Position numbers and translations under genes: made by a program
Notes under the pieces: generated by a model
Databases searched by the model: none
Told to the model about the DNA's origin: nothing
What the model saw: the letters and a program-made list of their open reading frames with translations, nothing else
DNA from: an uncultured Planctomycetales bacterium
Lineage (GTDB): Bacteria; Omnitrophota; Gorgyraeia; Zapsychrales; JANLHA01
Length of the DNA: 64,000 bases
Assembly (NCBI GenBank): GCA_964489065.1
Contig: CAZAXH010000001.1
Location: 21,106-85,105 of the forward strand
Direction: 5' to 3'
Shown here: one piece after another, positions 58,089 through 64,000 of the stretch
How the letters are laid out: each line of letters opens with the position of its first letter
Position numbering within the stretch: position 1 is the stretch's first letter

Positions 58089-58550
58089 TTAGAAATCCCC
58101 ATCATAAGCATACGTTACCACCTCTTTGTCCTCGGAAAAACACCGGTACCCGGCTTTCCTGAATGCTTTGACAGACGCCTCGTTCCTTTTGATAATCCTG
58201 GCGATAACCGTGACCGCCCCGATCTCCTTCAAAAACTGTTCTGTCCCGGCCCGGATGACCCGGGATCCCAGCCCCTGCCCCAGACAGGCGGGATTGAGAT
58301 GAACGCTCACCTGCGCGCCCTGCCCCTCCGGCTCAAAACGGATGACCCCGACTTTTTCTTCCCCCCGGCGGGCGATGTAAATCCGGCAACGGGAATCGGA
58401 CATTTTCTGTTCAAACCACCGCTGATGTTCATCCCAGGGGACCACGGCGGTGTTAAAAAAGTTTTTACGGACGTCCGGGTGATTACGCCACTCCCAGATA
58501 TCCCGCATGTCCTCTTCCCAAGCCAAAGATATAACAATGTCTTCCTTCAT
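58089..58550 (-). CDS. pseH: GNAT N-acetyltransferase, PseH-like (UDP-4-amino-4,6-dideoxy-N-acetyl-beta-L-altrosamine N-acetyltransferase)
   Basis: Small GNAT (..VGVIRFE...LGQGLGSRVI..). Its position between pseI and an LmbE deacetylase in a pse cluster supports the call. The start is taken at MKEDIV (58550). Confidence 0.6.
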   Translation of the reverse strand: MKEDIVISLAWEEDMRDIWEWRNHPDVRKNFFNTAVVPWDEHQRWFEQKMSDSRCRIYIARRGEEKVGVIRFEPEGQGAQVSVHLNPACLGQGLGSRVIRAGTEQFLKEIGAVTVIARIIKRNEASVKAFRKAGYRCFSEDKEVVTYAYDGDF

Positions 58551-59227
58551 CGGACCGCCCTCACCACCTGAAAAGCTTCCGCGTACATGCATCCAGAAAC
58601 GCTTCCCCACCGCTGCGCGATGGCCAACAAACTCTTTACAGAACGGGGATGCGGCGCCGGCCGCATTTCCGATCGGTAACACCGCATCGCTTTTATTTTC
58701 TGCATAATAGTCCTCTCGACATCCATGTAAAGCGTCGGGTCAAAACTCCGGGGATACGCCCACTCCGAAGAAGACGGGACTTCGAATGCGTAAATGTCCC
58801 TGACCGGCTCTCCCTTCAGGGGCCGGCAGGCGGTCATCACCGCGTTATACGTGATACGGTGGTCAATGTTCAAATCTCCCCAATGATGCGTAAAAACCGT
58901 GTCGGGCCGGACCCGCCGTTTGATCTCTTCCAGACGCTGGACAATCCCCAAAAGGGAAACCGTGTCCAGTTTGTTGTCAGGAAGGTCGAGCTGATGCACA
59001 TCCTTCACGCCTAAGACCTGGTTGGCGGCCGTCATCTGCTCTTTCAATTTTTTCTTTTCCCGGGCCTGTTTCGCGGAAGCGCCGTCGCTGTAACGCGCGG
59101 TCACGCCTTCCCCCAGAATGACCGTGGTCACGCCATGCCCTTCTTGAACGAGCCGGGCGACCGCCGCCCCGCAGCCCAGCACCTCATCATCCGGGTGAGC
59201 CGCAACGACCAAGATTTTCTTTTTCAT
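58547..59227 (-). CDS. PIG-L/LmbE-family N-deacetylase
   Basis: ILVVAAHPDDEVLGCGAAVARL is the LmbE HPDDE zinc-binding motif. Confidence 0.8.
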   Translation of the reverse strand: MKKKILVVAAHPDDEVLGCGAAVARLVQEGHGVTTVILGEGVTARYSDGASAKQAREKKKLKEQMTAANQVLGVKDVHQLDLPDNKLDTVSLLGIVQRLEEIKRRVRPDTVFTHHWGDLNIDHRITYNAVMTACRPLKGEPVRDIYAFEVPSSSEWAYPRSFDPTLYMDVERTIMQKIKAMRCYRSEMRPAPHPRSVKSLLAIAQRWGSVSGCMYAEAFQVVRAVR

Positions 59228-59919
59228 GCCGCCTCCTTTAGGCCTATTTCGACCCGTGCGGTCAGCCGCCGGCCTTTCTTCTCCGCCGCAAAGAATTCAA
59301 ACCGCAACGCCCTGGTTTCCAGAAAAGCCCGGGGGTAACCTTCTGCGTCCAGCATGCGGATCCTATCATAGGCTTCCGGCACGGACGCCACCGGGATAAG
59401 GCTGCTTTCTTCCGGCGTCCTCCGGCGAAAAACGACCGCCTTGCCCTTCTGGGGCCGAAGGCGTATCTTGCCGCGGATAATTGCCGGCATCATACTGCCA
59501 AAAATAACAGCCGTGGCCCGCCGGTAAATTTCCTCGGCCGATCCCCGCAAACACAGCGCGCGCTTCAGATACACCGGCCCGGCGTCGAACTTTTCCGTAA
59601 CCCGGATCGCGGTGATTTTTGTCGACCGGTGTCCCCGGACAATCAGATTCTGCAAAGGGCTCCCTCCCCGTCCGTACGGCAAGTCTGTCATATGAAACGC
59701 GACGCACGGATACGCCGCATAAATATCCCGGGGGATCTTCCAGGACCAATGCGGGAAAAATATAAAATCCGGGTTGAACATTTTGACCGACGCGAGGCAT
59801 AAGTGCTCCCGGCCTGAAATCAAACGCATGGAAACGTCCGGGTTGTGTCTCCGGAAATTCCGTGCCGCTTCAATATTCCAACTTTTAACCGTCGCGATGA
59901 TAATCTTTTTCTTTTTCAT
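59224..59919 (-). CDS. Formyltransferase-family protein (Fmt N-terminal-domain-like)
   Basis: 231 aa. Formyl-transferase fold pattern (...FFPHWSWKIP..., HMTDLPYGRGGSPL). Commonly found in nonulosonate clusters. Confidence 0.55.
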   Translation of the reverse strand: MKKKKIIIATVKSWNIEAARNFRRHNPDVSMRLISGREHLCLASVKMFNPDFIFFPHWSWKIPRDIYAAYPCVAFHMTDLPYGRGGSPLQNLIVRGHRSTKITAIRVTEKFDAGPVYLKRALCLRGSAEEIYRRATAVIFGSMMPAIIRGKIRLRPQKGKAVVFRRRTPEESSLIPVASVPEAYDRIRMLDAEGYPRAFLETRALRFEFFAAEKKGRRLTARVEIGLKEAA

Positions 59920-59928
59920 GGAGCCTCG

Positions 59929-60080
59929 CGCCCACGGGCGTGTTGCCTATTAACAATTCGCTTCGCGGAATCATCCGGCTTCTTAACACACGTGCCGTCC
60001 CCGAAAGAGAAGACCTTATTAACCTTTCGCTTTCATCCCCGGGCATACCCCCGGTCTTCGGCGAAGAGGGATGAAAACTA
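59929..60080. repeat. Copy B of the ~150-nt repeated leader element (first copy at 33081-33240)
   Basis: Aligns to 33081-33240 at about 72% identity, including the shared block gaccttattaacct. Here it is fully intergenic, between the pseG stop (60078) and the formyltransferase start (59919). Confidence 0.6.
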
Positions 60081-61091
60081 CCGAAACTGCATCGCCCTCT
60101 TGTTAACCACCGCGTCCACGATCCGGAACGCGCCCTGGCCGTCCACGCAGGCTTGCCCGGCAGCGGCTAACCTTTGACGCGGCGCTTTATCTTTATGCTT
60201 TCTTAAAGCCTCCCGCAACCGGGCGGACACGCCGGGATCACCGATTCTACCGCAATCCTCAATAACGCCCTTATGCTTTAACCCGCGGATGTTCGCGGCC
60301 TGATTATCCGCCACACACACCGCCAAGGCCGGGACCCCGCACCGGGCCAATTCATACAAAGTCTGTCCACCCGCCGAAACCGCCAGATCCGCTTCCAGCA
60401 TGCGGGCCTTCATCTGTTGGGCATCCAGGGCCGCGATAAACTCGGTCTGCCCGTCCGCCTGTCCAAAAAAATCGGCGGCAGGCGCACAACCGTGTCCTAA
60501 AACAACCGTCTTCCTGGCAGAAGGATACTCCGCTTTGACCGTCTGATAACAAAGCGGCGTAGCCTGTTTCATATCGCTGCCGCCCAGCGTCAACAAAATA
60601 TGCCCGACACTTTCGCTAACAGACCTTGGGGGGACGTCCCAGAACACCAAGCGTAAAGGCACATAACCTTCCCCCAGCAAATAAACAGTCCCTTCCCGGG
60701 CTGGGTATGAAAACTGTTCCGGATAGGCCGCGGCGTTGACGACAAACCCGGACGGATAAGATAACCGCTCATAGTCATCCAGGAAAACAGCGACACGCAC
60801 GGCTTCCGACACCGTGCGGTAAACAGCTTCCGGCGCCCAATAGGAATCGATCACAACCACATCCGGCTCCGCGGCGGCCAGAAGCCTGCCCAAATGATTG
60901 CCTTCGAACCAGCATCCCACATCACTGTTCATGCCCTTCGTGAACGCTGCCACCGACCCATCACCGTTAATGACCAGGTGCGGGGTAAAATTCCTGGACG
61001 CAAAAGCCTGGTATAAAGCCGCACACCGGGCGATATGCCCGAACCCGAACTGCGCTCCCCCTTCCGTGAGGATCAAAACTTCGCTCTTCAT
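60078..61091 (-). CDS. pseG: UDP-2,4-diacetamido-2,4,6-trideoxy-beta-L-altropyranose hydrolase (PseG, GT28-like)
   Basis: MKSEVLILTEGGAQFGFGHIARCAALYQAF is the PseG N-terminal pattern. C-terminal GT-B domain. 337 aa. Confidence 0.75.
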   Translation of the reverse strand: MKSEVLILTEGGAQFGFGHIARCAALYQAFASRNFTPHLVINGDGSVAAFTKGMNSDVGCWFEGNHLGRLLAAAEPDVVVIDSYWAPEAVYRTVSEAVRVAVFLDDYERLSYPSGFVVNAAAYPEQFSYPAREGTVYLLGEGYVPLRLVFWDVPPRSVSESVGHILLTLGGSDMKQATPLCYQTVKAEYPSARKTVVLGHGCAPAADFFGQADGQTEFIAALDAQQMKARMLEADLAVSAGGQTLYELARCGVPALAVCVADNQAANIRGLKHKGVIEDCGRIGDPGVSARLREALRKHKDKAPRQRLAAAGQACVDGQGAFRIVDAVVNKRAMQFR

Positions 61092-61823
61092 TTATGGCGT
61101 CCTGGCCTCGCCGGCCATTTGATATTTCATGTAAAACTCTGCTTTCAGGAAATCCTGTTCATAATCAATTTCAGTGGCATAACGCTCGTCATGAACGAGA
61201 AGAGTCACCCGCTCTCCCATATAGGCGTGCACTTTTAAAACTCCGGCCGCCGCCAGCAATGTCTCTCTCTTTAAAACGATAACGGCCCCGTCCAATAAAT
61301 ACAGCGGGGGCAGATCCTGCATGCGGTAAGCGTGCGCCGACGGCATAAAAGGACGGACCAACCCGCTCTCGGGATCCAAGATTTTCATCCATTCCGGCCG
61401 CTGGCCAATTGTGTACGCAGTGGCCACGGCGGTGAAATCAGGGTGGGCCAGCAGTTTTTCCACCGCCTCATCAATCTCCCCCTCCTTGCGGATGGGAACA
61501 TTCGCCTGCAGGGCCACAACAACGTCAAAAATTTTTCCTGTCGCCTTTTCTTGCACTTGTAAGGCATGACGAAGAGCATCGTCGAACGGGGACGTGTCCC
61601 GGGCCAATTCCGCCGGCCGCATCACGACCGCCGCGCCACACTTTTGCGCGACCGCCGCAATCTGATCATTATCGGTGGATACAACCACCTTGTCACAAAG
61701 ACAGCTCTTGAGCGCCATCTCGACCGCATACGCCATAAGCGGCTTGCCGCAAAGGGGCCGCACATTCTTCATCGGCGCGCGTTGGCTGCCGCCCCGGGCG
61801 GGGATCACGCAAAGCACATTCAT
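61092..61823 (-). CDS. pseF: Pseudaminic acid cytidylyltransferase / CMP-nonulosonate synthetase family
   Basis: VIPARGGSQRAPMKNVRPLCGKPLMAYAV is the CMP-NeuAc synthetase-family N-terminal motif. The start is taken at MNVLCV (61823). Confidence 0.8.
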   Translation of the reverse strand: MNVLCVIPARGGSQRAPMKNVRPLCGKPLMAYAVEMALKSCLCDKVVVSTDNDQIAAVAQKCGAAVVMRPAELARDTSPFDDALRHALQVQEKATGKIFDVVVALQANVPIRKEGEIDEAVEKLLAHPDFTAVATAYTIGQRPEWMKILDPESGLVRPFMPSAHAYRMQDLPPLYLLDGAVIVLKRETLLAAAGVLKVHAYMGERVTLLVHDERYATEIDYEQDFLKAEFYMKYQMAGEARTP

Positions 61824-63190
61824 GAGCTCACCTGTTCGCAATGCTTCGTTTTATTCCATGCCCCCAACTCCGCGATCATTTCTTCCTGCGCGGCATAAAG
61901 CTGGGCATCCGACAAATCGGAAAAGTTAACCCGGATCTGTTCACCCTGTTCACCCAGGTTCAGGACATACTCCTCTTCATCCAGGATCTTACCCTGTGCC
62001 ATCGCCAGACGGTAAAGCTCCGTTCCCGGATAGGGGGTCGCAAAGAAAACAACTTCCGGAGCCAATTGAAGATCTTTACAGAAATCAACCGTCTCCCGGA
62101 TCGTTTCATGATTTTCTCCGGGGAGGCCGATCATAAAAGAACAGTCCGCCCATCCCATATGTTTCTGAGTCAGCCGGACAGCGGCTTTGGCGTCCTCAAC
62201 CCGTACCCCTTTCTTCATCACGTCCAGCATCCGCTGGCTCCCGGATTCTATGCCGTAGCAAAGCAATACGCAGCCCGCTTCCGCCATGGCTGCAATTAAA
62301 GATTCCGTCATAAGATTAACCCGCCCCGTACACCCCCACGTAACAGTTCCGCGAAACGTCCGGGTCATCAGGGCGCAGAAGTCCGCCACAAATTTTTTGT
62401 TCAGACAAAACTCGTCATCGATAAAATGGACGTACGGAACCCCGTAACGGCTCCTCAAATATTTTATCTCCTCAACAACATTCTCCGGAGAGCGGTGCCG
62501 GTACCCGTGCCCCATAAAATCGTGATAACAATAAATACATTGATACGGGCAGCCGCGGGTGGCGCTGATGTTCATGGAAAGGCCACCTGCGTCCTCTCCC
62601 CGGCCGTCACTCCATTTATGGCGGTTCGGAGCCCCGACAGGGTTTTTTAGATAAATATCCATCGGAAAAAGATCCCAGGCCGGGAAGGGGATTTCATCTA
62701 AATTTTTAATCGGCGGCCGTGCGGGGTTTTTCCGGATATTCCCGTCCGCCTCTCTAAACCATATTCCCGCCACCGTCCTTAGATCCCTCCTCCCTTCAAG
62801 CGCTGACAAAAGATCCACAAACGTTTCTTCCCCCTCCCCGATACAAACAATATCCGCCGGAGTATTACCCATGATGATATGCGGGATGGAGGTCCCGACA
62901 CTCCCCCCGACCATGATTTTTTTATCCGGCGCCGTGCTTTTAAGGAACTCGATCAGCCATTTGACATATTTATACACCGTAACGATCGCGCCGATACCGA
63001 CGGCATCAAATTCCGCCGCCCGGAGCTTTTCCTGAACGGTCTGACGGTCCCAACGGAAAGCGTTGATATCCATCACCTCCACCTCATGGCCGGCGTTTCT
63101 GGCGACCGCGGCTAAATACCCCAGCCCCAAGGGCAGGACATTAGGCCGGGACCATTCACGGATCGGAGGGTTGATTAATAATATTTTCAT
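61820..63190 (-). CDS. B12-binding domain radical SAM protein (class B)
   Basis: MKILLINPP...IMVGGSVGTS (B12-binding). CxxxCxxC ATRGCPYQCIYCYH and a radical SAM core. 456 aa. ATGA overlap with pseF. Confidence 0.8.
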   Translation of the reverse strand: MKILLINPPIREWSRPNVLPLGLGYLAAVARNAGHEVEVMDINAFRWDRQTVQEKLRAAEFDAVGIGAIVTVYKYVKWLIEFLKSTAPDKKIMVGGSVGTSIPHIIMGNTPADIVCIGEGEETFVDLLSALEGRRDLRTVAGIWFREADGNIRKNPARPPIKNLDEIPFPAWDLFPMDIYLKNPVGAPNRHKWSDGRGEDAGGLSMNISATRGCPYQCIYCYHDFMGHGYRHRSPENVVEEIKYLRSRYGVPYVHFIDDEFCLNKKFVADFCALMTRTFRGTVTWGCTGRVNLMTESLIAAMAEAGCVLLCYGIESGSQRMLDVMKKGVRVEDAKAAVRLTQKHMGWADCSFMIGLPGENHETIRETVDFCKDLQLAPEVVFFATPYPGTELYRLAMAQGKILDEEEYVLNLGEQGEQIRVNFSDLSDAQLYAAQEEMIAELGAWNKTKHCEQVSS

Positions 63191-64000
63191 GACACCGCCT
63201 CGATTAACATCCCCACAATCTGCCGCACGTCGCGTTTACGCAATTGGGGGTAAAGCGGCAGGGTCATCGCCCGTTTGTAATACCGTTCCGCCAACGGAAA
63301 CTGCCCGCGTTTATACCCAAAACGCTTCTGATAATACGGCTGAAGATGAATCGGGATATAATGAACCTGCGGGGAGACCCCCTTCCCCAGCAACGCCTGA
63401 AACGTCCGGTTTCTCAACGCGGCGTCTTTGAATTGAATCACAAAAATATGCCATGCGGCTTTCACGTCTTTCTTTTCCGCCGGGAGGATAAAACGCGGAT
63501 CCCGAGCCAATAAAGCGCGATACGTTTCCACGTGTCCCCTTCTCTGGGCGATGAACAGGTCCAGTTTCTTCATCTGGGACACCCCCAGCGCGCACTGCAG
63601 GTCGGTGATCCGGTAATTATATCCCAGCACCGGCATCTCGTAATACCACGGGCCGTCATTCCTGGTCAACAAATGCGGGGTTTTCGTTATCCCGTGCGTG
63701 CGGAAAATTTGCAGCCGCTCGTAAAGGTCTTTCCGGTTCGTCAGGACGGCCCCGCCCTCGCCGGTCGTGATGTTTTTGACCGGGTGAAAACTGAACACCG
63801 TCATATCCGCATACGCGCCGCCGCCGACCTTTTTCCCGCGGTATTCCGCCCCCAGGGCGTGACAGGCGTCCTCGATCACCAGCAGCTTGCGCTTCCGGGC
63901 GATACGCCGGATCGCCGCCATATCTGCAGGGTGCCCGGCGAAATGCACCGGGATCAGCGCTTTGGTCCTGGGGCTGATCTTTTTTTCAATCTCCGCAGGA
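63187..64000 (-). CDS. pseC: DegT/DnrJ/EryC1/StrS-family PLP aminotransferase (PseC-like), C-terminal portion; N-terminus beyond window end
   Basis: Minus-strand frame is open to the window edge (..PAEIEKKISPRPKALIPVHFAGHPADM..). The Schiff-base region FSFHPVKNITTGEGGAV matches the DegT family. Confidence 0.8.
   Translation of the reverse strand, partial: PAEIEKKISPRTKALIPVHFAGHPADMAAIRRIARKRKLLVIEDACHALGAEYRGKKVGGGAYADMTVFSFHPVKNITTGEGGAVLTNRKDLYERLQIFRTHGITKTPHLLTRNDGPWYYEMPVLGYNYRITDLQCALGVSQMKKLDLFIAQRRGHVETYRALLARDPRFILPAEKKDVKAAWHIFVIQFKDAALRNRTFQALLGKGVSPQVHYIPIHLQPYYQKRFGYKRGQFPLAERYYKRAMTLPLYPQLRKRDVRQIVGMLIEAVS

Noticed and set aside
1-64000. CRISPR arrays, tRNA or rRNA genes, integrases or transposases, prophage or defence-system genes.
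   Set aside because: No periodic direct repeats, no cloverleaf-like conserved tRNA sequence blocks, no rRNA-like conserved stretches, and no integrase, transposase or nuclease motifs were seen in any frame. The window is essentially housekeeping plus glycan biosynthesis.

Overview
This 64-kb window comes from a bacterial genome of about 55% GC. I found no rRNA, tRNA or CRISPR array. All complete genes but one lie on the minus strand; the exception is a plus-strand diguanylate-cyclase fragment at the 5' edge.

The first ~17 kb is housekeeping:
- smc chromosome-condensation ATPase
- an orphan acyl carrier protein with a small helix-turn-helix gene
- fabV enoyl-ACP reductase
- glgC
- a large TPR membrane protein
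- a five-gene Opp/Dpp-type peptide ABC importer
- secG-tpiA-pgk

From ~17.4 kb to the window end is an uninterrupted, tightly packed surface-glycan / glycosylation island of ~47 kb. It contains:
- gmd, a WbaP-like initiating phosphotransferase, and wecB plus a WecG/TagA-type transferase
- a four-gene module: heparinase-II/III-like protein, bi-domain oxidoreductase, AsnB amidotransferase and a GT4 glycosyltransferase
- three O-antigen-ligase/Wzy_C-family membrane proteins
- YfhO (GT-C) with a short GT2 polyprenol-phosphate glycosyltransferase
- at least seven SAM methyltransferases, one of them a frameshifted pseudogene
- multiple GT2/GT4/GT9 glycosyltransferases and an MsbA-like ABC exporter
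- three radical-SAM enzymes, two cobalamin-binding and one SPASM-like
- a pseudaminic-acid-type nonulosonate pathway: pseC-like (truncated by the window end), pseF, pseG, pseH, pseI, with a formyltransferase, an LmbE deacetylase, a DUF115/Maf-like transferase, a second cytidylyltransferase and a SAF-less NeuB-like protein

The points most worth a second look are:
- the radical-SAM, methyltransferase and deacetylase tailoring genes inside the glycan locus, with no room for a peptide substrate
- a ~150-nt element repeated at about 72% identity in two 5'-leader regions of the island
- a low-GC sub-island
- a perfect 14-bp palindrome upstream of the WbaP-like gene

All functional calls rest on motif recognition in the supplied translations, from memory. 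No database search was possible.
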